63,067 bases of DNA, filler included, from Globobulimina sp. (GCA_003354225.1; 19 parts of 19 records of this genome joined end to end with filler, not necessarily neighbours in it), one strand, 5' to 3'. Positions 47,834 through 60,572 are shown, numbered from the whole stretch's first letter. The notes: generated by a model not told the origin, from the sequence alone. Made by a program: numbers and translations.

Positions 47834-49111
47834 TCATCTTTTCCGCCCCATTATCAAATTCAAATATTCTGTTCTTAATTGTTTTTCATAATCTACTTCG
47901 CATTTCTCGTTCATAACCGTTTTTTGGCTGATTTTTGGTACATTATTGGGATTATACAAAGATATTTTATCGTTGACGTATCCCAATGTATGTTTTGGTT
48001 TCGATTTTGTAGCTTTTATCCTCTGAAAGTTATTCAGATCCAAATTCTGTAATAAGTTAAATTTGTAATTATAATGGTATTCGTTTGGAAGATATTTTTT
48101 ACGCTTTTCTGTGTATGTTTCGGTTTGGCTGCCATCACAACTGCGCATTCTCGACGTGGTCAATGGTAGTTTCATTTCCTTCCCTTGTTGCAGCACCAGA
48201 GCGATATCCAATTTGTCCATTTTGATGGACCTTTGCCGGACAGTACCTTTTCTGTTAAAAGTAGAGTTATTTGCATTTTTAACTGACGGTATTGTCTTGG
48301 AAACAGTTTGCAAACTTGTTTGAATTTTGTTGTTCTGTGCATTTGACCATATTTTTTTCTTCGTTGGTGTTGCATTTCTGTTGTTTGGTTTATGTCGATT
48401 CCGCTTTTTTTCCCTTTCGTGCCTTAACGTAAATATCCTGTGACTCAAATCTTGCTTGACATGGTACAACGTAATAACTTGATGATTTGCTATGTTTTTG
48501 ATGAGCTCGATTTGAATGGAAACAAGCAAATGTTGGGCATTGAGCAGTTTTTGATTCTTGTTTTTATGCGGTCTCGTTATAGAAACATACAATTTACTCC
48601 TATTTTGCACATCGTTCGACTGAATTGTAATAAAATGATATTTCTTGTCTGTGGATTGCATGGTGTTATTATATTTTGTGGCTTTTTTTATATCATTAAT
48701 AAATATATCAATCAGTGCATTACAATTGCATTTAATGATTAGTTTGGCGTCCAACCATTGGTTGTCATTGAATATGATGCAATAATGAAATATGTAATTG
48801 TTGAGTTTCTGTAATATGCATTGCAATGATCGTCGATGCTGCTTATTTTGGTCAAATAGGATTGTGTTGGAATTGTGTATTTGGTGCTGTTGGTTGCGGC
48901 ATTGTTTCAATGTTTGCTCAATTTCATTGAAGGTGTTATTTATTCTTTGCGTTGTGTGTTGATACAGTTTATCCAACAAAGGAACAGCTTTATCTCTCTT
49001 TTTTCGGATATATCGATGAGTTAAAACGGATTGAATTCCATCTAAAATTTGGTTATGAGTTTGTGAAAGATAACCGATTCTGTGCTTTCTCTGTTGGACT
49101 ACATCACTCAT
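47834..49111 (-). CDS. Hypothetical basic protein
   Basis: 425-aa ATG ORF with no recognised motif. Confidence 0.6.
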   Translation of the reverse strand: MSDVVQQRKHRIGYLSQTHNQILDGIQSVLTHRYIRKKRDKAVPLLDKLYQHTTQRINNTFNEIEQTLKQCRNQQHQIHNSNTILFDQNKQHRRSLQCILQKLNNYIFHYCIIFNDNQWLDAKLIIKCNCNALIDIFINDIKKATKYNNTMQSTDKKYHFITIQSNDVQNRSKLYVSITRPHKNKNQKLLNAQHLLVSIQIELIKNIANHQVITLYHVKQDLSHRIFTLRHEREKKRNRHKPNNRNATPTKKKIWSNAQNNKIQTSLQTVSKTIPSVKNANNSTFNRKGTVRQRSIKMDKLDIALVLQQGKEMKLPLTTSRMRSCDGSQTETYTEKRKKYLPNEYHYNYKFNLLQNLDLNNFQRIKATKSKPKHTLGYVNDKISLYNPNNVPKISQKTVMNEKCEVDYEKQLRTEYLNLIMGRKR

Positions 49112-49416
49112 TGTCGCAAATATATTAATGATTGATTATTATCATTATGTACGTCATTATGTCGATATATTAATTTTGGTCGCATTATGCCGATTAATAA
49201 GAAAAACATCTCAGTTTATAAATATCTCAGATTATAAAATATCGCAGTTGTTTGCCTGTAAACAAATCAGTGATGATAGCTTAAAGAAAGCATCTTATGA
49301 ACAAGATTTGGTTTCAAATCCCCATCATCGCTTTTATTATTTTTATTTTTATTTTATTCTAAAGCAGTTGATAAAAACAACCAAAATTCGAATGTCACTT
49401 TTTTTTTCATCTTCAT

Positions 49417-49749
49417 TTAAATTTTACAAATTATTATTCGTGTTTCATTAAATCCAGGATGCATTTCAAGGATTTCTTCATCCTCATCAAAATAATTTGA
49501 ATTAAATAATAAGGGTTTCTTAATATGTGATGGCGGATTGGCGTCATAAACATGTAAACATAGATTATATTCATTATCTCCCCATAAATAATATTTGTTA
49601 TCCGCTGTTTTAACAATATTATGATGTCCACCACATTTAATATCAATAATTGTTTCCTTTTTTAATGTTTCATTCGGTTGTGGTAAATATACAGTTTCAT
49701 CTGAACCATTACAACATTGATACTCCCCATTGTCTCCAAAACAATATAC
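49417..49749 (-). CDS. Last exon of an RCC1-repeat protein (frame absent from the ORF track)
   Basis: Manual translation VYCFGDNGEYQC...IIDIKCGGHHNIVKTADNKYYLWGDNEYNLC. Confidence 0.8.
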   Translation of the reverse strand, partial: VYCFGDNGEYQCCNGSDETVYLPQPNETLKKETIIDIKCGGHHNIVKTADNKYYLWGDNEYNLCLHVYDANPPSHIKKPLLFNSNYFDEDEEILEMHPGFNETRIIICKI

Positions 49750-50074
49750 CTTATTTATTTATTAAAAACAATATAAAAATNNNNNNNNNNNNNNNNNNNN
49801 NNNNNNNNNNNNNNNNNNNNNNNNTTAATTAATTAANNNNNNNNNNNNNNNNNNNNNNNNNNNNNNNNNNNNNNNNNNNNCAAGTCGGCATTTATTATCA
49901 GGAATCTCTATCTTTCCGTACCTGATCGAGTGCATTCCGTACAGTGCGTTGTCGTTAGAAGCCATCGCCGCCAATAAGTTCATCAAATATTGCATGGACC
50001 ATTTTGCATCGATCAGTAACAACATCGTCGAGCTATTTATCCAGAAAGAAAAGAAAATGTGCAGTTTGAAAAGC

Positions 50075-50643
50075 ACATTATTATTATTTTCATTTTCTTT
50101 TTTTTTAAATCGATATCCAATCTCAAATAAATGAAATATATTAAAATGTAATGAGTCATATTCTTGTTGATAGAAATTCAGATTCATTTCGAGCTCATTT
50201 AATGCCTTATTTTGTGATAAAAGTAAAGCATCATTGCCATAAACAACTGATTGATAAATTGCCACTGCTTTCTCGTTATTAATATTTGTTTTAGATTTAA
50301 TATCTCTGTCTTTCTCATTAAAATGGCGATTACTAAATTTACAGTCTGTTATTAAACAATTTGCAAAGCCATATTTTTCAATTAATTCTCTTTTAACTTC
50401 ATCCAATTCGTTGCTTTGTGTTGCTAATAAATGATAATAATCATCCAACACAAAAACACCATACACAGTCAAACAAAAATTACTCCATTCTTTCACTGAT
50501 TTATTCTTATTATTGTAATATTTTAAGGCAAATGCTAATCGTTGTAAATGTTGACAGTTATGGATAATATCAGTTATTGTATGATTACAATTCATTTCAG
50601 TTTGTTTGAATAAATTTATCTGATCATTTTCTGGAAGTGCCAT
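50075..50643 (-). CDS. N-terminal His/Cys domain of the same lineage-specific family as 7677-8294; truncated at a probable chimeric junction
   Basis: CQHLQRL...LDDYYHLL...C-x4-C-x4-RH...DSLH-x4-HLFEIGYR parallels FHHLL...C-x4-C-x4-RH...DTIH-x4-HSFDIGSR. Confidence 0.6.
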
Positions 50644-50690
50644 GTTTGTTTGATTTGATTTAATACCTTTCAAAAAAGTCAGTGAAGAGC

Positions 50691-53102
50691 ATGCTGTCTC
50701 AACTCTTGGATGTCTTGGACGAGAAAAAAGACGCCGACACCTTGGACCTTTTACTGGACCAAAACGATGAGCTATTTTTGAATTTAATACTCTATTATTA
50801 TTCACCCAGACCCTCAGCCCGAGAAATATCCCGTTCTCATTCGCATACTCCGTCCTCTTCCTCTTCCTCCTCTTCGTCGCCGCCACCAAACCTAACTCAA
50901 TTGCAAGCATCCAATGTCAATATCGATCATACTTTGCAAGAACAAGCATTATGCAGCAAAGTGGCCAAATTCAGCGCCATGGACCAATCCCATATTCTCC
51001 ATTCATACCAACAAATAAAAAGCATTACAATCGATTCCTTTGCAATCAATGAAATTCAAGTTAAAAAACGAAATAAAATAAAATAAAATAAAAGGTGTTT
51101 TTTTTGGAGCTAAAAATAATTCTAATTCAACATAGATTTGGCACTATGTCTTTGAAGAAAGACAAAGAATGTTCAATTCATTAATTTCAATGTTAAATTA
51201 TGTTATCAACAATGCGGAATCCGGTAATCAGCGCTTTGCCGATTCCATTTCAAATCACATTCATGGCCTAATCAACAAAGGTTGGAGGAAAAACATCGTG
51301 CTTTCGTACCAAAAATTAACTTTCCACGGCATTCCCGACCATTTACCGACAAATTTGCGCGGTAAATATTGTGAATACATTGCCGAAGAACAACTGTTAA
51401 GCATTTTTTTAATTCGTATTTAATGCAAAATAATAATAAATAATAATAATAATAAATGATAATTAAGCTTATTATGGAAGTTGGTCTTTTTATTGTATTA
51501 CGAACCAATTCGCGGCGAATTGCAAGACATCGATATGTACTTTGAATTATACCCATTGTCATTAAAAAAAAACATCCAAACGTATGTCAGTAAGTGTTTA
51601 CTGCCAAATATGTACGAATCGCAAAGCAAAATCCATGAAATCATGAAGAAAATTGACGATTTATTAATTGCGGTGTTTATGGAATTGTTACCCATTGAAA
51701 ATGTGCACGGCGCAGTGGAACATTTTAATTTTTATGTGACTGATCAGCAGAAAATACAACAAATTAAAATGGACTTAAAACTGGCTCAGCCGCAGAACTT
51801 ACCCAAAATCTATAAAAAATTAGAAGACGCCCTCTCTAAATCTGAGCGCCAACATGTCTCAGATCCAAACCACTTGCGTCCATATACAAATATCAATAAT
51901 CACTTGCGAAATATGTGGAAAATATACAGCGACATTGGCCAGAAATTGGCAGATTTTATCAGATTAATCGACGAATATTATGGCAAAAAAGCGCGCGAAG
52001 TGAAGGAAAATGTGGTGCTCATTGCAGCTGATTATGATATTTACGAAGAGCTTGAAAAAATAAATGCGAAATCCGATGATGATGCCATCGATGCGGTGAC
52101 GCCCGCAAATATTATCAATTGTTTTGAGAAAATGTTAATAACATTCGGCGATTGCGATGATTCCAAGTGTTTCATCAAACCGATGCAATGTTTGATTGCT
52201 TCCTATTTAGATGCCATTTTATTGCGCGATCCCGACGCCAATGTAAGCTCTGATAATATCCACCAGATTTACCAACACATTTTGGCCGATAATCACAAAC
52301 TTTGCCAGCGATTCTTTGTTGAAAATAGTTTGAATCGCTTTTCTTTGTGGCAATATGCTTGGAAGTCGTTCCAGACGCAGCCATATTTGGTGTTGGCTTT
52401 TTTAGCCTCTTTGTGTTCGAGCAAGCAAACTGCACAGAAAGTGTATGAAAAATGGCGAGACAATTTTGGTTATTTCACGGTGCGATCGCAAATTGCGGCC
52501 TATATTACACAAACAAAGGACAATCCGCCGCAGTACGTTGCGAAGGAGACGTTTCTATGGAACTTCATCAGCATCAAACGGGGCACCATCGGACATAGCA
52601 TGCGCGGCAAAGACAATATGACTGAGATTATCTGTTGGGATACACATTGGAATGGTTTCTTGTGGCTGTTGTCATTGCTCACACATTGCATTAATAAGCC
52701 TTTGAGCAACGTGCATTCTTCGCATGTGTCGACGTCGAGGCCTATGGACGAATCATTTGCTGTCAACACGCATAGCATCCAATATATGGCACACAACACG
52801 CTGCCTTCAGCCATGCGGTTATTGACAAAATTGACTTGCTATTATCCTGCGGCTATGGCACTGATCAACGATGATATTAAATTAGTACGCAATGCGGCGT
52901 GGCGACGTGGCCATTCTATGACAGATAATCATAAGAAAGAGTATTTAGCCTCGCATTCCGCCAAAGCCTTTTCAAACATATTCAAGAATGGCGGCATTCC
53001 TTTGCTGAGCTTCCAGCTCTTTACGCATTGCATGGAGCGGCTGAAAGAATATGACTATAATTCACATTCTATAACCAACGCATTGCAGTCTACCAAAGAT
53101 AA
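50691..53102 (+). CDS. Nup188/Nup205-like alpha-solenoid nucleoporin; introns 51060-51135 and 51396-51467; 3'-partial
   Basis: Spliced IWHYVFEERQRMFNSLISML and EEQLLLWKLVFLLYY resemble the Nup188 N-terminal region. Confidence 0.55.
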
Positions 53103-53527
53103 NNNNNNNNNNNNNNNNNNNNNNNNNNNNNNNNNNNNNNNNNNNNTTAATTAATTAANNNNNNNNNNNNNNNNNNNNNNNNNNNNNNNNNNNNNNNNNN
53201 NNCGTCAGATTTTTATTGGGGTAAGGTGTAAGCAAACCGTTTCTGGTGACTGATAAAGGTAAAAATAATATAGGTTTGCCTTCGTTTCTCAGAAACAATA
53301 AAAATCTGACGCTGAAAACCGGATGCTCTTTATGGTTCTTTCTCTCAGTTCGATCAATTAGGAACGGTCGACGCACCAATTGTGGTATTCCTTGAATCTG
53401 TGACTAAGGGATGAAGTAAGTAGCCTAGCTAAATTAGTAGGGGGTACATATGATCAATATACCACAAATTGAATGAAGTATGCGCTGTGTTTTTTTTTTT
53501 GTTTTGTTTTTGACTCTCAATCTTAGC

Positions 53528-54305
53528 ATGTCAGAAGAGGTGGAAGTTAAGACAGATAATACGGTTTCTGCTGAATTTGTCGAATCAAATCCTTTTGATT
53601 GGGATTTTGTGGAGATTACGCGTGACGGTTCACTTTGGCCATTCGGCAGAAATTTGGTATTGGATCTCGTACCAAAGGATAAAAAGGGTTCATATATTTT
53701 GGAAATTAGTTTTGCATTGATCCAGCTTTTGAAGCATTTGACGAATCGTATTGTTGTTATCACGCCATGTATGACTGTGAAGGCTCGTAGTGTTAGTTTT
53801 GCTGCCCATTGTGAGGCCATTGCAAAATCATCAGGTTTGTATCTGTTTTATGTTATGTTTGTTGTATTTATTTGTTATAATGGTTTTAGTTGTTTTGGAG
53901 ACTGCCCGTGCGGAATTAGCAAAATACTCTGCGGAGATTTTTGGTGATATCGGAATTGCTCTTAGCTATGTGCAGGATGTCAAATTTGAGCGTTGTTTAA
54001 AGAGATATGGCGTAGTTCCTCCAGTGTTGGCAGAGAAGATTAGTAGTTCATATTTGCGATTTGTTAATTGTCGTGGTCTAAATCGATTGGATTTTTTATC
54101 AGATGAGACGGAGCGTATTTTATTATCATGTAATGTGGAGGTTATGTTTCTGAGCGCTGAGTATAAACGGCTCAGTCTTTGGGACAGCCATGTATTTTTT
54201 AAGGGAAAAGAGATACGAGCTCTTCCTACTTTTCTAATGAAGGGAGCACAAGTGGTAAAGGCACGATTGCCATTATTATTTGTAGACCCATTTACCGGCT
54301 TGTAA
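53528..54305 (+). CDS. Orphan protein; intron 53835-53889
   Basis: A phase-1 GT-AG intron joins ORFs 53480-53947 and 53790-54305 in frame. Confidence 0.55.
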
Positions 54306-54461
54306 TTGGTGATAATGACTTTTGTATATTTTTGTTGGTTATTTTGCGAATTTGCGAAATTTCGGTGCTAAGCTAGCTATTCTGTATATTGATTTGTTTT
54401 ATTTGTTTCATTTTTTTGTTTTCTTAGTGTTTTGAAGAAATTTGAAAGCACTGCTTTAAAT

Positions 54462-55988
54462 ATGACGCTGGATGTGAAAATCTTCGTAGTTTGTTTTTAT
54501 TGCTGCCTTCCATAGTCACGTCGTAGTTTGCGAAATATGTTAAATTGCAACAGTATTGCGAAGACGCCGATGAGTTTAATCCAAAACATGCGCCGTTCCA
54601 CACTGTTGTTAGTGGTGGAAGAATTTGTGCGCACAAATTTTGCAAATGATTTTGACAAGGAAAGTAAGGACGATAAAGAATTTGACACACAATTCAAGAA
54701 CCAAACATTGCTTTATTTAGTCTCGACAGATGCTCTCAAACATGCGACAGCTCATATTCAACAGCATTTAGCATCTGATATCATATCGTCGCAGTGGAAG
54801 AGTCGGCAGACGGTCGCCACTGTCGGTTTATTGTTCAAACAGATCGTGCAGTGCTTGGACCTTGACACAATTATGTGGTTGAAGGAGTTCGTTGGTGTGA
54901 CTCATGAGAAAGTAGAAAAGTTTCTGATGACACAACAAGGCATGACATTTGAGGATATAATCTTTGATTATTTAGGACAATGGGGGTTGGATGAGGAGGC
55001 AGCAGAGGTCATCGGTGAGATTAGGAATGTATTTGGATGCGCTGTGGAGCAAATGGCGGAATTATTGATAGAATCGGCTGAATTTAAAGAGAGTGTAAAT
55101 GATTTGACACTGACAGCGCATGATATACAGAGTCTTATCACGCAGTCAAATTTTGTCGCGTTGGCAACACATGTTTTTCAAAAGATGCAGGCTGCCATTC
55201 AGACCCAAATTGTGTGCTTCCATTCGCAACAGGCACAGGAGAATGGTGTGGACAGTATAACGGCCACCGTTGAGTCGATTAAAATGGACAGTATGACAGC
55301 CACAATTGAGGTGCACGAATTTGAAACGTATGCAGCTGCAGAGGAGGCGGACTACAGAGCTGCAATGTTATCGTCGCAACTATCTTTGCTACTGTCTACA
55401 GTCTCCATTGCAACAGATACAAAAATGCTTTACGCCAAAATGGAACAATGTGAAAAAATGCATGAAAAAGCCATTTTAGCAAGTTAACTTATATATTATG
55501 TATTTTATCATTATACTATACTGTATATAATTTTATAACTAGTGTTAAAAATAGACCCGTTGCGATTTCACCACAGCATCGATGTATTCGCTACAATCAT
55601 CCCCGACGATTCTGAAGTTGTGATTCGATATATTTTTATGAGCGAAGATAATGAAATCAAACAAGGTTCTGTATCACATGGCTCCATCAGAGATACATCA
55701 GATTATGGAGATATAGGCAGGTATACAGGAAAACATTGCAGATTACAAATGATGCCAACAAACACCAATGTAAAAATCTCTAAATTAATAACTATCGAAC
55801 GGGTCTTGCAGGCGTTTAGAGACCCTGATTGGTTAGGTTCTAGCGGTGCGGACTTTGAAGCGCAGAGGTTAGATGATGAGCTTGAGCAAAGATGGAGTGA
55901 ATATGATTTGGACCAACATCGCATCACTGATGACGATGGTGATGCGTCTGGTATTGATGATTTATTGTGTCGTTATAGTTTATTATGA
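54462..55988 (+). CDS. Orphan acidic, helical protein; intron 55483-55542; 5' end uncertain
   Basis: ORFs 54528-55487 and 55542-55988 join through a phase-1 intron. Confidence 0.55.
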
Positions 55989-56524
55989 TAATTGTGTTAT
56001 ACCGTAACTTTATTTGTATTTTTTTTTTTCACATTGTAATTTTTTATTATTAATAATTATTTTATAATTAAAGTTGTGAGTTAAATTTGTTGATACGAAA
56101 GGCTTAAAAAAACTCTTTACCTCAAATGAAACAAATCAAGACTAGTCAATTAGTTCTTCAAGAAAGACATATCAACATATCAAATATCAAAAAGGACATC
56201 AGTATTAATAGTCGCGCCAACGTGTTCGCGTTGCCTTTAGAGCAATGCAATTGGATGAAATATAATGCAAACTTACAATCTGTGATGATAGCTCGAGCAA
56301 TGTTTTGACCACTCATTAACATGTGCTGCAGGGACGATTTAGGTGATTTAATCAGGTGTTTGGTGTCATTATAGCGTAAGATCGATGATGACGCGTATGA
56401 CCATTCGATGAAACGGATGCGTTTNNNNNNNNNNNNNNNNNNNNNNNNNNNNNNNNNNNNNNNNNNNNTTAATTAATTAANNNNNNNNNNNNNNNNNNNN
56501 NNNNNNNNNNNNNNNNNNNNNNNN

Positions 56525-56740
56525 TTAATATGTTTTAAAAATTTAATATGTTTTAATTGATTTAATATGATTTAATATAATTTAAAAATTTAATTTGTTT
56601 TAATATAATTTAATAATTTAATTTGTTTTAATTTATTTAACATGATTTAACTTTATTTAATATGATTTAATATGTTTTAAAACTTTAATTTGATTTACAT
56701 GATTTAATACTGATTTAACTTTATTTAATAATGATTCAAT
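56525..56740. repeat. AT-rich degenerate satellite (TTTAATATGA-like units); related blocks at about 57603-57700 and, inverted, 58571-58731
   Basis: Recurrent TTTAAT(A/T)TG(A/T)TTTAA units, with the reverse-complement units in the third block. Confidence 0.8.
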
Positions 56741-56855
56741 GCTACATAGGATTTGAAACGTCTAAAAACTAATCCTTTTAGTGAAAATTAACAAGGAAAA
56801 TTAATAAGTTAGAAACGTCTAAAAGTTAACAGGAAAATCAATAAGTTAATGTGAG

Positions 56856-57536
56856 TCAGCAAACTTTATTTCTTATTTTGTTTTTTATTTTTTTTTTTGG
56901 TTTATCTTTTTGGTCTTTTTCATCGTTTCCATTGTCTTTAATTTCCTCTTTCTCTTTCTCCTCTTTTTCATCGTCATCATTTTTCTCAATGCCAAAAATT
57001 TTCATTGGCTTGAAATGTTGTTTTGTTTTTTTCGCCAAAAATTGCAATTTTTTTTTTTCAGCCTTCGTCACTATATATAAGCAAGGTTCCACAATATCCA
57101 ATAATCTTTCCGCCTCCCTATTTATAGCACAAGATTCCTTGGATTTATCCGTTAAATCAATACATTCCGCGGCATATGAAAAAGCTGCACTATAATCACC
57201 CAAACGACAATGGATAAATGCCAATAATGCCAACTTTCGACGCCATTGCAAGGTATCTACTTCGTGATCGATAATTAATTCAATCTCTGCTACGATATAC
57301 ATACATTTTGAATAATTCCGGGCTATTAAAAATCCTCTAACATCGTGCAACATGGCATCTAAATGCGCCTGTCTTACAGCCACTGGTCCGTCTTTGATTT
57401 TTGAAATTGCTTTTTTTGTTTCTTGTTTTTGCATTGCCCTGATTCCGATATAATGTCGTTTGGCTTGATCCATTATACGCTTTGTCATATCAATTTTCAC
57501 CAATGGTTTCTTTGGTTTTTTGTTTTCTTGTGCCAT
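56856..57536 (-). CDS. Orphan basic protein with a possible TPR-like helical pair
   Basis: 226-aa ATG ORF; LAFIHCRLGDYSAAFSYAAECIDL. Confidence 0.6.
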   Translation of the reverse strand: MAQENKKPKKPLVKIDMTKRIMDQAKRHYIGIRAMQKQETKKAISKIKDGPVAVRQAHLDAMLHDVRGFLIARNYSKCMYIVAEIELIIDHEVDTLQWRRKLALLAFIHCRLGDYSAAFSYAAECIDLTDKSKESCAINREAERLLDIVEPCLYIVTKAEKKKLQFLAKKTKQHFKPMKIFGIEKNDDDEKEEKEKEEIKDNGNDEKDQKDKPKKKIKNKIRNKVC

Positions 57537-57843
57537 TGTGAAAGATAAAAGTTGCTGAAAGAAATGTTTTTTCTCTTTGGTTTTTGAGTTAATTCAAATG
57601 ACTAAGTTTAAATTATATTAAATCATTATTAAATATTGATTTAATACGGATTCAATTTGATTTAATACTGATTCAATTTGATTTAATATGATTTAAATTA
57701 TATTTTGATAATAATAGATGACTAGGCATATAAATCAATTAGTAAACACAACAAAGCAAAAATAAAAACATATATGAAATAAAACAAGTTTCGCGTGTCA
57801 CCCTCCAATGTTCGATTTACAATATAATATCCACGCACTCATT

Positions 57844-58476
57844 TTATTTTAAAAAATCCGTAATTTTTCTTGAGGCAACCTTATTCTTATTTTGTTTTTT
57901 CTTTTTTTTCTTTCGTTTATCCGTAATTTTTGCTTTCATTTTAAAAAATTCCGTTATTTTTCTTGAGGCGACCTTTTTTTTATTCTTTTTTTTGTTTTCC
58001 ATTTGTGATGCCTACAGCCGCGAACTGGTTTCAATGGTGTACATGCGCAACATTGACGTTTATTTATAGTTACCCATACATTGGGATCTTTTTGTAAATC
58101 TCCCTCACGTAATAATGCACGCGAACGCAATGCTCTACCTTCACTTTTATATCCATATTCCTCCAGAGTCCCTTTAAAATTTGGGTTTGATACTCTGCCG
58201 TTACAACAAAATAGTACAGTGACAACTCTTTTTTTAAAAAGAGTGTCAACGTGATTTCTCTGCGCCCCAGTAATTGAGCTTTGCTGTAAAAAAATACAAG
58301 AAAAGTGATGTACTCAAATAATGTATCCTGTGAAGATAAAGTAAACTATTTCTTTCAAATTTAAACATAAAAATGTAATTATCGAATTGCCTAATCTCCC
58401 TAAATGATGAGTTCTTCGATCTTAATTCATTTTCGAAATTCACTGCGAATTCAAATTTTTTTGTGAGAGAGACCAT
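57844..58476 (-). CDS. Putative spliced basic protein ending in tandem PIP-box-like motifs (exon structure uncertain)
   Basis: Last exon after an intron at about 58012-58079 reads ASQMENKKK...SRKITEFFK...SRKITDFLK*. Confidence 0.4.
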
Positions 58477-58912
58477 TGATAAGTGCAGTGTAAACTTTGC
58501 TACTCAAAAAAAAAAAAAAAACTATACTAAGAAGTTTTGTGTATATATATATATACAAATCTCTATCAAGATTATTAAATCATTATTAAAACACATTAAA
58601 TTATATTAAATCAATATTAAAGCATATTAAATCATTATTAAAACATATATTAAATTATATTAAATCAATTTTAAAACATATTAAATCATTATTAAAACAC
58701 ATTAAATCAATTTTAAAGCATATTAAATCATTTCTTTTATTTATCAATATGATTATCTTTTTTATAGTCAGTAGTCCTTGCACAAGAATTTCGAAAACAG
58801 AGAATTAACTAAAAGTAATACTAAAAAAAAAAGAAACTCATAAAATACATTCTAAATAAAATAAAATGGAACAACAAACATACAATATTACCGATAACAA
58901 TATGATAATATT

Positions 58913-59746
58913 TCAAAAGCCACCTTCATATGGATGCACATATATTTCACTTTCTTTATCTGCCACTTCATCCGCAATCTCCAATATCCATTCTTTTCCT
59001 ACTTTACACCCGGTTGATCTCTCACAGCAATAATATATAAAATCACCTGCTTCATCTTTCTCGTGAACACTCCTCGTTTGGAATGTATAATCTCCATCTG
59101 TCCAACGATCACATTCATCCGCAACTTGCTCTAATTGCAATTCATGTTTAGCATCTTTATATTCTTTTTTCGCTTTTACATAATGTAATTCATCCCGCGA
59201 TGCATTTAAATAATAAAATCGATGTTTATGTGCTTTACTTTGTGTCCATAATTCCTTCCTTATTTTTTTCAATATTGGGCGTTTAGCCTCCTTTAAATTC
59301 GATTTCTTTCGTGCCATAATAACTATATAATAAAACAAAACCAGTTAAAATATATATTAAATGTATAACTATAATAAATATATAATAAAATTCACATTCA
59401 AATATCACAAACCTCGGCATTCGCGAATTCTATGTGTATGTAAATCCTTGCATGCACGTTGCGACCGTCTGCCTATACCATACGTTCGCCGTGCAACTAT
59501 AGTACGGTATTGTTTTTTCAATAATTTCTTTGTAACGTTGAATACATAAACACAATATGGCTGCCGTGAATGAGGTCTCTTTGCGTCATCATCTCCTGCT
59601 TCAACTCTTTGTCTGTAATTAGCCATCGCGCGATTGGCTTTCACAACTTTTTTAATAAATTTTAATTTCTTAATACATAAATTGGCTCCCTTCATATAAC
59701 ATCGTTTTGTGGCTGGCACTGTTGCCATGTTAGTATTCATTTTCAG
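58913..59746 (-). CDS. Orphan basic protein; intron 59323-59412
   Basis: A phase-1 intron joins ORFs 59405-59740 and 58913-59338. Confidence 0.55.
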
Positions 59747-59846
59747 NNNNNNNNNNNNNNNNNNNNNNNNNNNNNNNNNNNNNNNNNNNNTTAATTAATT
59801 AANNNNNNNNNNNNNNNNNNNNNNNNNNNNNNNNNNNNNNNNNNNN

Positions 59847-60360
59847 AGATATGGACCATTCTCGCAAATCTATCCAACACGTTTCCAACTGCGCTGTCTA
59901 TGGTTTCTCCAAATATCCGATACCGTTTATTTGAGTATGCGATAACTTGCGTGTTGCCACCAGACACATATAAGATAACCGGATTATTTGCGCCGGTCAC
60001 AATGCGGCCCATTTCAATATGTCCAATGCAATGATTGACCGGAATTATGGGCTTATTCCATAACTGAGATAAGGTGCGCACCACTAAAGCAACACAATTT
60101 AGTGGTGCTCCCATTCCTGGTCCTTTTGTATAGGCTAAGCCATCGATTTGGGAGCCTCTTAAGTTTGCTCCGTTCAATGCATCTTTTATTAAGCCCAGGA
60201 TTTCTTTCCTGTGATGTTCTGCGGTGTCATTTGGTTTAAAGCCTTGGCCTGGCGGTGTAATAAACGTTTTGCGTGGATTTGATAGTACATTGCCTTTATG
60301 ATCAACAATTCCAATTCCTATTTTATTTGCTGAACCTTCGAAACCCATAATAATTACCAT
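59847..60360 (-). CDS. KAE1: tRNA N6-adenosine threonylcarbamoyltransferase Kae1/OSGEP, 3'-partial
   Basis: [51 protein letters not shown]. Confidence 0.95.
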
Positions 60361-60572
60361 GGTGAAGTGAAGTAAGTCTGTAGACTATAACATCAAATGT
60401 GCAGCCAATTAAATATTGCACAAATATTTTTTGATATACCTAGAACAGCTGCAATATTTTAATTTTAAATTATGACAGTTAATTATTAATTATCGACAAA
60501 AATAGAACGATTATTAATTCTCCGTAATAATTATTCTGTAATAAAAACATCAGACACTGAAACACAAAAAAA

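Noticed and set aside
3230-59846. Regularly spaced TTAATTAATTAA repeats as a biological array or CRISPR
   Set aside because: They sit inside fixed N-runs and are an artificial six-frame-stop linker. ORFs containing X runs are artefacts of it.
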